64,000 nt of DNA. It comes from Lobosporangium transversale (taxonomy: Eukaryota). A model generated the notes under the pieces. The model was not told the origin of the DNA. It saw nothing but the letters and a program-made list of their open reading frames with translations, and made no database searches. Below, one piece after another: positions 13,826 through 29,850 of the stretch (its first letter is position 1; each line of letters opens with the position of its first letter). The position numbers and the translations under genes are program-made. The stretch spans positions 310,001 through 374,000 of the forward strand of contig NW_019028989.1 of NCBI RefSeq assembly GCF_002105155.1, given 5' to 3'.

Positions 13826-15552
13826 ATGGCCATTCCGTCCGACGCAGTAAAGCCTACCCTTACCAGCGACCAAGTCAAGGTCCTGATCGCTATTGTAGAC
13901 ACCTTCATCCCTGAATTAACCGGTCAGGAACTCGAAAATTTTGTTCGGGACTATTCTGATGGGACAAATGAAGAAGCTTTACGTGCCTTTGCCAAAGCAG
14001 GGATCGTGAATCAAAACCTCGCTGATACCATCGTTGAAAAGATTCATTCACTTCCACCCGAGAAAATTGAAGAACTCGGCACAGTTTTCAAGCTTCTTTC
14101 CACAAAGTAAGCTGTAGTTGTTCACTTTGCATGAAAATCAAATAATTCTGCGGGCAGAGGATACATCAACAGGTTCCATTCTTGGATCTTCATTCTAACA
14201 ACGAACTTTGTCAATATTGGATTTATTTGATTTATGGATGGACATAAGACTCGGAACGTTGGCTCTAGGAGGCACTTATGGAGATTTTCCGTCTCTTTCA
14301 AGAGAGCAGCGCACCCAAATTGTGCTTTCGTGGTCTAACAGCATGATCACCAAGTTCCGTATCCTTTCACGTGCCATGTGTAGCTTGGCTGCCGTCACCT
14401 TTTATTCTTCCCCCCTTGAGGCCGTTCACCGTGGTATTGGTTATCCAGGCCCTGACCCTCAGATGCACTCGGAGCGCTACTCAGCAAAGACATTTCCTTC
14501 GTACGACTTTATTGAAGTACCACCAGAGGGACTTGAGCTCACATTCGATGTCGTCGTTGTCGGTTCAGGTGCAGGTGGTGGAGTTGCTGCTGCTGAGTTG
14601 GCTAAGGCTGGCAAGAGCGTCTTGGTGATTGAGAAAGGCCATTGCTATGCTCAGAGCGAGCTGACTCTTGATCAAGCTGATGCTTTTCAGAAGTTGTATG
14701 AGAATGGTAATGCAATCCAGTGACGAAAAAGTTTGTTTCATGCACATGTTTGCTTTAGTGATGTTTGACACAAAGTGAACCCCCACACTTGCAAATAACG
14801 TACTTTCCTGCGAAGTTAATGGCAATACTTTATTTGTTTTTTCTTTATCCCACATACTTTGTCTAGGCGGATCATTGGCGAACCACGATGGAGCCATCAC
14901 AATTCTTGCCGGCAATACATGGGGCGGTGGAACGACCGTCAACTGGTGCGCATCCTTACAGCTCCCATACTATGTCCGTGAAGAATGGGCCAAGCTAGGT
15001 CTACCCCACTTTGTATCTCCAGCTTACCAACAATCGATTGATACGATTATCGAACGTCTACACGTCACGGACAAGTTCATTGAGCATAACCGTCCTAACG
15101 CTCTTTTATTGGAGGGTTGCCGCCGACTTGGCTATCCTACTGGGAATATTCCTCAAAACACTGGTGGTCATAAGCACTCTTGCGGTTGGTGTGGGTTCGG
15201 ATGTCGCTTTGGTGAGAAACAAGGAACCTTAATGACCTTTTTGGTTGACGCCAAGAATCATGGAGCACAGTTCATGCAGGATACATTTGTTGAACATGTT
15301 CTGATCCAAAAGGGTAAGGCTGTGGGTGTTGTTGCTTACCAAAACGGGCGAAAGATTACAGTCCATGCAGAAAAGGTCGTAGTCTCGGCTGGTTCAATTC
15401 ACACACCTGCGATTCTGCAACGAAGTGGACTCAAGAATAAGCATATCGGACGTCACTTACATCTCCATCCTGTCAACTATGTCTTTGGCAAGTTTGATGA
15501 GAAGATTGAGTGTTACCAAGGTTCAATTATGACTGCTGTAAGTATGCCCCCC

Positions 15553-15588
<36 letters not shown>

Positions 15589-16390
15589 TTCATATTCATT
15601 TGCCATTCTATTTCTTTCATTTTATTTTAAAGATTACGACTGTAGCTGAAAACACGGATGGAAAAGGATATGGGTCCAAGATTGAGGTTCCATCAAACCA
15701 CCCCGCATTAAACTCTGTCTTCCTTAAATGGAGAAATGCCGCTGATCATAAGCGTCGGATGATGGAAATGAACCACATCATGCCTCTCCTTGTACTTTGC
15801 CGCGATCGGGAGGGAGGCTTTATTAGTATTGGCTCCGACGGACTACCACGCATTAATTACAGTCTCTCAAAGCACGACGCTGTTTCAATCGAAGAGGGAA
15901 TTGATCGTTGTCTCCGTATTCTAGTTGCCGCTGGCGCCAAATCCGTCTGGACCACGCATCGTGATCTCGAGCCATTCGATGTTAATCCCGAGTTGGGATA
16001 TGATGACCCCGCTTTCAAGAAGTATTTAGCGCAGGTCAAGAAGATTGGTGTTAGTGCCCATACCACAAATATTGGCTCAGCACATCAAATGGGAACTTGG
16101 TAAGTTTTATTAAAGTATAGCTGAGTATTTGGGCAGACTAAAGTGTCTTTTTCTTTTTTATTGAAAATTAATTCACTCTTCATTATTTTACTAGTCGCAT
16201 GGGAGGCAGCCCCAGCAAATCGGCTCTTAAGCCTACAGGAGAGACCTGGGAGGTCAAGAATCTGTATGTGGCTGATGCTTCCGCCTTCCCTACAGCCAGT
16301 GGTGTTAATCCCATGTTGACAACTTACTCACTGTCGCACTCGATCGCCCAATTCATCAAGAAGTCGTATGAGACCACTTCCAAGCTTTAA
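13826..16390 (+). CDS. Long-chain fatty alcohol oxidase (GMC oxidoreductase), multi-exon
   Basis: FAD-binding DVVVVGSGAGGGV, GGGTTVNW, CGWCGFGC, IGRHLHLHP, SAHQMGT, LYVADASAFPTASGVNPMLT. Confidence 0.92.
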
Positions 16391-16447
16391 ACATTATTGA
16401 TCTTTAGAATAGACATAATATCAGAAAGGTGGCAACATAAAGTATTT

Positions 16448-16977
16448 TTATTCTATCATGCCAACAATCTCTTCTCCATCGTCTTCATCTTGTACATTTT
16501 GTATCACTTCTTCCCCTCCATCGTCGTAATCTTCTTCAGAGGCATTTTCTGCCAACAACTCTTGGTTATCCTCCGCATCTTCAGGCAGCTTGATTGCTTC
16601 AAGGTCATCAACTTCAGGAAACTCCCTTTGTACCATTTTCGAGTAATTATCCAAGTCTACACATAAAGAGTAATTGTGCATGTTAATAGGAGCACATTCA
16701 AATAGTGATATTATGCGCGAGTATAATATGAATAAGAAACTATAGCTCGTTACCTATAGGTGCCTTCTTATTCATGGCTGCAGCAAGACGGTTATGGTTG
16801 AGCCGATCTTCTCGTTTATACTTATTTCTAACCGCGATCCGTGTTTTGCTTGGGAATAATCTACAAATGATGCCAAAATCTGTACCCCATTGCGAAATAG
16901 CCTACATAAAGTGAAGATGAAGGAATTAATAGAGAGTAACCCTTTCTTCTTTGATTCTCTGCTTCCCAATCCATACT

Positions 16978-17011
<34 letters not shown>

Positions 17012-18567
17012 TATGGCTTACTTCATAAAAAAGTTCCGTCTCTGCCTCTGTCCATCTTTCTGAACGAATCTTTTTGCTAAATGATGCGCTGTTGACGAAT
17101 TTAGTTGCTGACGATTCTTCGACGTATTCTAGAGGTCCTCGATGGCCATTTGCCTCTACTACTGCATGATCAACAGTTAATGAATCCATGTCCAATTCGA
17201 TTCGACCATCAATCACCCGAACCTGAGGAGCAAGACTGTTTTGTGTGTAATTAGTAACAATACTAACTATAAAAGATAATAAAGACAAGAGTAGCATTAC
17301 GAGTCGGCTATATTCCTTTACGTTTTATGAGTTTGTGGAGGTTTCGGAGCGATGTTTTCGCTTTTCGCTCGTTTCATCTTTTCGTTTTTAACTTGCTCGT
17401 CGGTCGTATTGCCTGTGTTACTTGCATCGTCTGCATCATTTACCTCATCGTCGCTTTCCTGAGGCGGCGATGGCCCACGTCCTTCCATGCGTCGAATATC
17501 CCTTATCCGCTGTGCCTTCTTGTCAACCTTTTTCTTGGTCTCCAAAGCCTTCTGGATCTCTGAATATATTTTAGATCGCCTTCCGACGCCGAGATCTCTT
17601 GTAAATTCATACATGTACATGTTGGAGTAGTCGGGCATTAATTCCTCGCCGTCCTCTCCTTCGATGCCATCGCCAGTCCCATCGGCATCATCTGCTGTAT
17701 GGTGACGACTAGCACTGATTACAACAGCAGTGTGACTCCTCGGTCGAGCAATTTGCTTCCCTTTAACCCGCTTCCTAACCGATATATGGCTTGGGACTTC
17801 AATGCTGCTATTCCCGTCATAATCATCAAGGTCATGCGCATCTGAATATCGTTTTGCGGTAGGGGCATGTATAATTGAACCCCCTTTGACTGGTTTTTGA
17901 GATAATGAAGCGGATGATGCTGGTGCTGCAACTATTGACGAAGATGCTTGTGTTATCGCTGCTGCTGAGGAAGAAGACGGTACGCTATCTGAAGAAGGCG
18001 AAGGTGGCGGTGATGGAGATAATGGTTTTGTAGTAGCCTGGGATGTTGATACAGAGATGGTCTGTCCAGAGGATCGATTAGCCTTAGTGGAAGTCAAAGT
18101 TGAAATGTTTGATGAGTTAGCCGCTGGGGTTGCAATTGACATTCTCCGGGCAGTTTCTTTTTGAGCTTGCTGTGGACTGAAGAGGGTATTAGAAGAGCGT
18201 GGCGTTGCTGCTGTCGGAGTCGTAAGGTTGTTTTCGGTATCAAGCTCTGCCAGCAAGGTGGCTCCGAAGGATCCTGCATCGCTTCCTGTAATAGATGGTG
18301 TGGCTGTAGAGGCTCCATCCTCTGATACGACAGTTTTATTACGATTTGGCCGGGTTTTGAGTGTTGGAGCGAATCTTTTTTGACCCTTGTCTAAATGAAA
18401 AAAAAAATAAAATAAAAAAAAATAAATAAATAAAAATAAAAAGTACGAATTTAGATGACATGCAAAAAAAAAAAGGGAGACGAGTGAGGAAAGTAAACTC
18501 AAAACCATTCCATCGCTCGCGATTAGTCCGGACTCAATTTACCGATGCGAGTGCTGATGCCAGACAT
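16448..18567 (-). CDS. BDP1: TFIIIB subunit B'' (Bdp1), multi-exon
   Basis: N-terminal DKGQKRFAPTLKTRP, APQVRVIDGRIELDMDSL, VNSASFSKK, SANT domain ERWTEAETELFYE..LFRNGVQIL region. Confidence 0.85.
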
Positions 18568-18788
18568 GGATGCTGTTTTGTGAAACTATTAAAGTGCGTT
18601 TGACGTATGTGCCTGGCTCCGTTCTTTGTGCTGTTGGAAGAAGTGTGGGACAACTGGCGAACGGCCAACTAATGTTGTTCGTGGCTTTTTTTTGGGCGAA
18701 ACAAGTTGCCACCAAATCTATCACTAAGAAAAAAAAAAAAAAAAAAAACATGGTAAGCACTCACTTTCAGAGTTCATGCCATTCCATC

Positions 18789-20047
18789 ATGTTGCCAACA
18801 CCAGATCTCTCACATCTCAAACGACAGGATTATGAACACATTTATGAACCTGCAGGTGATTTTCACAGTGGCATTTAAAGGCTCATGGAGGCCCTTCTAG
18901 TAAAGGAAGATCTATTAAATTATGACAGCTCTTTTACGTTATTTTATTCTATCTTTCTTTAAAACAGAGGATACATTTTTATTCTTGGACGCTTTCGAGG
19001 ATGAGGCTCTCTTTCTGAAAGAGCTACAGCCAAAAATTTCTTTAGAAATTGGGTTAGTTACCCCGGGCACACCCTAAATATCCATTATACGCTCAATGTA
19101 CAATCCATATGTTTATCTTTTTTGCCTGCTTGCATCACTTGGAACAGATCCGGATCGGGTTGCGTCACTGCATTCGTCGCCAAAATTTTGGGTGAATCGA
19201 ATTGCTGTAAGTTCAGATTGGCTTAATAGATAGTCCCAAAGTCGAGCCCGATGATCCTGGACGAACGCTGATAGATGCTTTAATTTATTTGCAATGTCAG
19301 TAAAGTTCTGCACAGATATCAATCCTAGAGCAACAAGAGCCACTAAAAGAACAGCTAAACATAATCAGGCATGCTACTTTAAAAAAGCGTTAACGACTCT
19401 ATGAATATGAAAACTGATAGTTACTAACACATTCCCGTTTCAATCGACACCTTATTTCAAGGTCTCTGTTGAAATTATTGAGACTCATCTGATTTCTGGT
19501 CTACTGCCAAGATTGCAGGGTCAATTTGATTTAATTTACTTCAACCCACCGTATGTTCTCACTCCATCAGAAGAAGTTGGATCAAATTCTGTGGAAGCTG
19601 CTTGGGCTGGTGGAATTGATGGTCGTGAAGTAATTGATGAATTGCTACCCTACATTAAGGTAATACAAGCGATACTTTTTCTATTTTTTTTTTTTTTTTT
19701 TTTTTTCAATTTTACAGCGAGCCTTTCTCTTACTGATTTACCGTGATTTTGATTTAATAGTGTCTCCTCTCCTCGATAGGTGTCTTTTATATGGTGGTCA
19801 TTAATGAAAATAAGCCGGATGAAATAAGGAATATTATGCGGCAAGACGGATTTGATTCAAGTGTATGTAGTTAGTAGGGAGTAAAAGTGGCAAACGAAAA
19901 AAAAAAAAAAAAAAATGCCAGTGTTTAGCTATTTTTATGAATGATACCTGTATTTATATCATTTTTTGTAACTTTTAGATTGTCAAAACCCGTTTGGCAG
20001 GACGAGAAAAACTCTTTATTCTGAAGTTCGTTAGAGCAACACTTTAA
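18789..20047 (+). CDS. MTQ2: HemK2/N6AMT1 (eRF1 glutamine methyltransferase), multi-exon
   Basis: MLPTPDLSHL..IYEPAEDTFLFLDA, LEIG-SGSGCV (SAM motif I), TDINP, FNPPYV, WAGGIDGREV. Confidence 0.92.
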
Positions 20048-20433
20048 TATTATTTCCTCATGATAGAAATAAAATAACAGTTAATAAGTCAACAAGTCAT
20101 TCGATAGTAGCTGAATAAATGTTGGCACTGACCACATCAAGTGATTGGGAAAATCAATTCACTTTTGGTTCTACGGACTTGGCAGCAAATCCTTTTGTTC
20201 AAAGCCACCGAATTACCATAGTAACCCACCCGAACAACAAAAAATTGCAGAACATTGGTGCCATTCTTTGCATCCTTCTCATCCTTGAAAGACTCGCCAA
20301 CCATGGGTAAATGCAACTGTTAACCACATTTAAGAAGCATATTTGAAGTAGCACCATGAGGATAATCCATAATTCCTCTAGTCGATTCACTTTCATAATA
20401 ACAACAGGATTTGTAAATACTAATCTCAATCCG

Positions 20434-22970
<2,537 letters not shown>

Positions 22971-24423
22971 TATTTTGAAGATACAAGGAATCAATGCTTC
23001 ATGCTTTTTCAAATGCCTTGTACTTTAGACTGCGCTGCGATCTAATCAAATGTATAACAATATCTAGGAGAAATGCAGTGGAGAATGAAGAATTTTTTTT
23101 AAAGAAAAGAAACTTAAAGAAATAATGTGACGAACTATCCTTTGTTTCCATGAGGAAATTTTCACTGAATGAGGTCATGAATGGGAAGCAACGACAACAG
23201 ACATAGTCCGTCCCATTAAAAAACGGGACTGTCCAAGAATGTTGTAAAAGGAACAAGAAACACATTAGTGCAAAGAATTAAATAAATTAAGACGAAGACC
23301 TTTCAGGATCTAGCCATATTTGTAGTAGACTAAATCCTATTGTTGGTGCCGGCTTGATACCTCTCCTCCTCCTGGGCTCAACAAAGGTTCTTTCAGTATT
23401 TCGAGTTTGGACCCAGCCTGTCAGTGCATTACACGTAAGCCACAGAGGCTCCCAATGCATCGTAAGGATTCGTGGCTGTGTGCTAAATAAGATTGTGGAC
23501 CGTGAATAAATACATTTTATGCCCGTTCAGACCGAATGATTGGCCTTTTCAAACGTCGTCCATGGCCTTCATGATATAACCAGGTTTCAATGATGAGTTC
23601 CTCTAACCATTAATACACGTACATGATTAAATTGATTGGACATCTTAAGGCGTAGAACATTTTTGTGCCATGAGCGTTGAGAAACAGCTATTAAGAAATT
23701 GAAATTTCGTACGCGTCTTTTTTAGTGGCAGGGCTGATATATGATAATCGATGGGTTTCTCGATGCGTTCCAAAAAAAAAAAAAAAAAAAAAAAAATACA
23801 AGCCGGTGGCACGAAGGCAAGATCTTGGTTCTTCTATGGGCTTAATCACTTAGTTTATCCCTTGAACCGTAAAACAGAAAATATTTGCCCATCTAGCTTT
23901 CATCAATTCATGGACAGAAAAGACCTAGTTCTCCGTGCTTTCAAGGAAGAAAAAAATCAGTAAAAATCAATTGGCAAAAAAAAATCGGCATATATCAAGC
24001 TATAATCACTATGTCTATCATTCACTTGCCTCCACTTCTTTGCGCATCTAACAACTTTTGCAGCTTTTTCATTTCTTGTTGTTAGTCATACTGAAGCCTG
24101 GATTTAGCATGTGTAGATTGGAGAAGTGTTTTTTTTAAATGTGATCCTTTTGTTTCGAGTTGCATTGCTGCTCAGCCTTTGTTTTGCTCTCTTTCATACA
24201 CCTAAAAATACACCTCTCTCTTCCTCTCTCTCTCTCTCATTTCACGCTGATACAACGACATTTATCTCTCACCTTTTCATCCTCTCACCTCATACTTTCA
24301 CACTCTCACAGATTACAACCTTTTGCTTAAAAGTAAACCATGTCTACTCGAACAACCTCAACTTCAATCTTTAGCTGCATAGACTAACATTGCTTACATT
24401 CTTTTATAGTATACTTTCTCTAG

Positions 24424-25720
24424 ATGGGTATAAAAGACTTCTGTTCATACCTTTCAAGGAGAGGTCTGCCACCAAAGGAGATTGATGTAACATGAGCTTG
24501 CTGCTGAACCCGACTCATCTTTTGAGTTGGATCTGCTTGGCACTTTCCACAGTGATATACACAATATCATCCTAAGGAAACTCAGTCGAAGCTCTTTCAC
24601 TGCCTATGGCTAATATCATTCTAAAGATCTTTGGTCCTCTTGCCACAGTGACGATACACATTGATGGGCCTCGCTCCAATAAAAAAAGTCCACGCTTATA
24701 GAGATCAAGATGCTAAGCGTACAGCAGCTGATACAGAGCTTGATACACACATAGCCAACATGGAAACCAAGTCCACCGAGGGGAATGGGGTCTCGAAGCC
24801 ACATGATTTCCATTAAAAAGAGTCCTCGATAGCTCTCCACATTCAGTCATAACGAGAAGAAGGAACTCGCAACGCCATTTGGCCGATACAATAACTTTGT
24901 ATCTGCCATTGTAGCAATGAGGCTGATGTATATATTGCCGCCAAATGTATCTGGAGATTCTGATCTTCTCATATATCCTTCAACTCCTAGTCTATGGCAT
25001 TATATACGATAACTTACATTTCAAATATCCCAACCTTTGGTCTTGTCACAAACGCTGAGGTTATCTCATCGCTCACTGACACTGATGCCGAAAAGTTGAC
25101 GGTATCATATGTTCGTGAGGTCCATGCCGTAGCCGTTGAGCTCCTTCAGAGGCCGATTTGACCACTCAACCAGTGTTTTCTTTGGTAGAATTCAAACCCA
25201 GATTTCGCAACAACCAACCTCTGGAAGGCTCCTTCATTACCATGACAAAATGAGGGCTACGATATCCGCTAGGTACCAAAACAAAAATAATCAACCTCAA
25301 CCCAGGTAAACTCCTTTAAATGAACATTTTCCGGGGCATATATAAAAAAAAAGTAATCTAACCCTTGACATTGTTGCTTTGTAATAAGATTCTTTATACC
25401 TAAACGCGCAAAGCCGAATCACTAACGACCTGTTTCCCCTACCGAGAAAGGGAACTCTCTCCCAAAAAATATGAGCTGATCAACTGTAAACCACACGACC
25501 GTCCCGTCAGCTCCGATCATCAAAGAAAGCCCAAGAAAAAAATGGAAAAGGAAAAGAAAGAGGATGAGAAAGAAGAGGCGACTAAGGAGGAAAAGAAGAA
25601 GAAAAAAAAGAACAAAGGGAAGGGCGGCAAGTACATCAGAAAGACTGATAAATCTAGGAAGGTGAAGAAGGCTACTACCGAGGATTGACGGTTGAAGAGA
25701 GAGTGGCGCTAAACTGTAGA
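24424..25720 (+). pseudogene. Decayed XPG/FEN1-like PIN nuclease gene fragment (copy 1)
   Basis: Frameshifted segments MGIKDFCSYLSRRG, FELDLLGTF, IHIDGP, CHCSNEADVYIA, SGDSDLLIY, then a K-rich tail; paralogous to the 25935 copy. Confidence 0.65.
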
Positions 25721-25934
25721 TATTTTTTTACACAACATGGATGTTGTGCGTGGACCCACGTCTGATTTTCTTACAAAAAACAAAAAAAAAAACTGAATAG
25801 ACGTGATGTGTAGATCCACATTTTATTCTCACTTTCCAATCCATCATCTGTCCTACCAAAGCTCCTCAAGCTGTCCAAAACCCCATCTCTAATTACCTGC
25901 CCTGACCCCTTTTTTTCCTTGCCCGATCTATACC

Positions 25935-28900
25935 ATGGTGTGCAGGGTCTGTACCAGTATCTGAAGGAACGTGGGCTTCAAGGTGTTCCTATTGCCCGTT
26001 TGACACAACCTGGGGTGCATTTTGGCCTCGATATCTTTGGCACTTATTACCAGTTTATTTTGGCCAGCTTGGCCTCAACCTCTAGTTTCGACCCATATCA
26101 AGCGGGCATAAGGCTAACGTACGCCATATCGTCGTCGTTTGACCCGCGTTGTTATACGTTACCTCTCGAGGATGCGCACAGGGAAGAAAAGCTAAAAGCT
26201 TACGATGGGCGCCAAAATAGCCGAATACAGGCAAACAAGCAGCTGCAGGAAACCTCACCATGACGCGCTCGGTCAGTTCAGGGAAGATGGAGTTCCAAAT
26301 CTATTATCCACCGGAATGAAGCTTGCCTGAGGAGAGTCTTCGTTGCCACCACTGAGGCACGAAACAGATTGGCAGATGACCTTGCAACTGTATTCACTAT
26401 ATGCCGCTGCTAAGGAGAATCTGACGCATGCATTGCTGCTTTATGTCGTGGCCAGCCCGGCTTAATAGATCCTTGAGTGTATTTGAAAGCTTTGCTGTGT
26501 CGTCGGATAGTAATTTCGTTATCTATCCAAATATCTTCTACGTAGTTAGGACAAGAAGGGTTTGTTTATTGAGGAGGGTCGATGTAATGCAAGCTCTTCG
26601 GCTACCGTCCCCTGATCACCTTGCGGCCCTCGGGGTGGTGCCTAAAACCGACTATACAGATAATATCCCACAGTATGGCCTAACAAGGAATCTATACATC
26701 ATCCGAGACTTGCCTCAAGCTCAATTGGCTCATGTGTTACTGAGATGTTTCCTAGAGTTCGCTAAGTCAAGAAGATCAAAGTTGTTTTTATTATTGGTGC
26801 CAGGCGGGAGCCTTTTATTAAGGACCCGCCATGACCGTCACAAATGTTCTAGCCTTATGAATAAAAATGTGAGCCTCGGTACGTAACAGTTACTAGCCTC
26901 CCATATCACCACGATGAACCAAAGGCCAATCACGGCTATCACTCTCAACTACTTTGCTCTGGTTGTTAATGCCTTTTTAGATATCAGACCGCTTCTACCA
27001 ACCAGATGTTCATATCCGGGCTCGCCACCTTCAACCAATTGAAAGCTCTTCGTGCCACTGCGATTGTAGTCCAAAGGTTAGTTCAACACACCTCCTTCTT
27101 GCTATCAACACTAGCACACAATTAACTAGTGATTGAGGTAATTTGCAGCTGGCAAACAACTGACTTTTTTATTTGTTTTCTTTTTATGTTGAATGACTGG
27201 TAGGCCGAACACATCATATATCTGCGAAGGATCGAATTCTAGTCAGCTCCGGCCGCACTTCGAGAGCAAGAAAGCAAAGCTGCATCCTCAAACAGCGACT
27301 TTGGGTGCTGGCACGCGTACTTCTCGTCCAGCACCACCGCGAGATCTATCAGCTCTATAAGGTGAAGAAAATGACCATCGAGAAGAAGGCACTACCAAGG
27401 AAAGGTAGTACATCAGAACCAGAAAAGAGGAGAGGCGTCGTTGCTGCCACGAAAAGGGACTGCACCATATAGATAGACATAGCGTATACGATGACTTAGA
27501 ATACTACACGTGGTACAGATATCATAACATATGAGATCTCGTCTGTCCTGAAAATAAAGACCTCTCTCTTTGTCCTATTGAACTTTAGTTCGTAAGTTTA
27601 TATTAATCAGGTTAAAACATTGCAGGACCATAGCTTGCATGAGAGATACTTCACCAAGACCTTGACTGTAGGAGGTATCGAGGCGAACACGCTGCGGTGT
27701 GGAAACATCCCTAACCCTGCAGCGAAGCTGTTCAATGTCCTGCAGTCCCATGTGTTCTATCTTCATTCGCCGAGGACTATATGCTATGAGATTATTGCCC
27801 CGATATCGCCAAGGTTCTCGGGTAGAAATGCAGCCGCACGTTCGTTCTACTGGTAGTTTCTTCCAATATGCCTTTGGCGGCCCAGACACAACTAGGACTC
27901 TCGCAGCAAGGTATCCTCCATATCTCCAAGACCCTCGAACAGCAATACAGCCGCTTGTGCTGGCAATCCCCTCCAATACCTCGTCGTCGGCTCGGGCGTA
28001 ACATGTCCCAGCAAGGTATCACGGATCTTGAAGACATCCTTGAAAACGAGGATTTTTACTTTCATTGGGTACGCTAATTCAAAATGGGTGACTCGGGAGG
28101 ATGTCCGGATATGAAAGGGCTTTGCATGCTTCAAAGACAACCATAACAACACGTTCAACTCCCATTCGTCACCATCGGCTGCCTCCTCAATAGCCCATCC
28201 CCTGCGAGCCTTCGAGCACTACAAAGCTACAACAAATTCCCTAGTTTCGTCGAACGGCCAGGGCATACGACGGCCCACGTCCGCACTACAGCACTAAGAT
28301 TGACAGCGCTTTCCGCTAAGCATGCTATGCGGATGCGTTTCCTGGGATCACTGATAGGTCACATTTTCATATCCAATATCTAAATATGAGGTGATGCTCC
28401 TGCATCATGAAATAACAATTAGGTCTGGGAGGTTTTTTTTCCAGCGTCCAGGAAACGGAAACCCGATTGACTACTTTCTCGAGGAAAATAGTCAGGCAGG
28501 AATGTTTGCAGACTTCTCAAAAAGCAAACACAGGTCTATGTACGTCTACCTATCTGAGGAGGGTTTGTTCCACATCTTCCATGGGCACGAGGACACGAGT
28601 CGTAGGGTCCTTCATGCATTGGAATCGGTAAATGAAGCGACCGTTGAGGACGCTGTCCAAAAGGTTCTGAGGTGCAAGGGGTTGTTGATCAGTAGCTTGC
28701 TCTGTCCTGTTCGAACCCATCGGTGCATAATCGGCTATCAACAAGGTGCCACTATAAATGTTAGAATCCTCGAGTCAGTTCAGAACGAAGGGACCATCTG
28801 TACCAATGGACTCGTGCTTTACCTGTTGGCATATGACACCACTAAGGAACATCCGAGGGCTCGAGCGTTCTTATCTAGATCCCGCGATGATGAGAATAAT

Positions 28901-29850
28901 GATATCTTTACCGAGGATGACGATGAGTTCGACCTGGACGAGGCATTCATTGATGACATGGAAGACACTCTTTCGCAACCAGCGGAGCAGGAAGCTGAAA
29001 GCTGAAAGCTCATCGTCAAGGGCTCATTTACGTACTAGTGCTAAGCGAAAGTTCAGCACCACCCTGTCTGCGGCTGCGAAACGTGTGCAAGGTGAAGCAC
29101 CACGTACTTCTGTGCCCTCGGGGGGCCCTAGCTCTGGACCAGCTGCCTCGAACGATGAGTCAGACACTTCAGATACGCAAAGAGCGCATGTCACTAGCGT
29201 CAACTGGAAACGAAGCTTTAAGATACTGAAGAATCTCGAGGTTGTTTCGATGGAACGTTCTCAAGTTCCGGTTCGACACCGCTTGTCGTTGGGACGGGTC
29301 CTGGAGAGGGAGAAAACTCCGGTCTTTTTTATCTCAGCAAGTGGCACCTACGAAAGACTTGGAACTTGAGAATAGCTCAGAAAGCTGCATACGACTATGG
29401 GATTAATTCAATTCTTCGACTTGCTGGAGGGAGCAGCGGGATGAAGATGGATGCCTCCAATCGGCCTTGGTTCTTTCAACACATAAACTGGATTATCCAT
29501 TCCGAGTTCGAAAAGAGAATCTAACGAGAGTAAGTATCGAAAAAAAGGGCATTTTGGTCACTCCATTCTCTGTTCAATTCGTATTTATTTATTTTATTTT
29601 TTTTCTCAAACAGGCCAAATCCCTTGGATACGAAGTTGTTGGTGTTCATGCCTCAACTGCAACGCATTCCTGGAAAGTCATGTCAACAGGTCCAAATATT
29701 GTCGAAGCCGTCAGACATATTGTGATCGTGATATGGTCGGGTCCGAGAACCTTACGCGTGTATGCCTTTCCATATGACTACACAAAGGAGGCCCGACAAG
29801 TTCAAGCCAACAAGCTCATGGGCGTTAGAAGCGCCTTCCAAAGTTTGTAA
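25935..29850 (+). pseudogene. Decayed XPG/PIN-like nuclease plus Fanzor (TnpB-like RuvC/Zn-finger) gene
   Basis: 5' part: (M)GVQGLYQYLKERG, FGLDIFGTYY, GESDACIA, SSDSNFVIY, KTDYTDNIPQYG. 3' part: ICTNGLVLYLLAYD, LVVGTGPGE (RuvC-I-like, D lost), IGLGSFNT, AKSLGYEVVGVH, CLNC..KYCRSR..DRDMVGSEN. Many frameshifts and stops. Confidence 0.72.
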
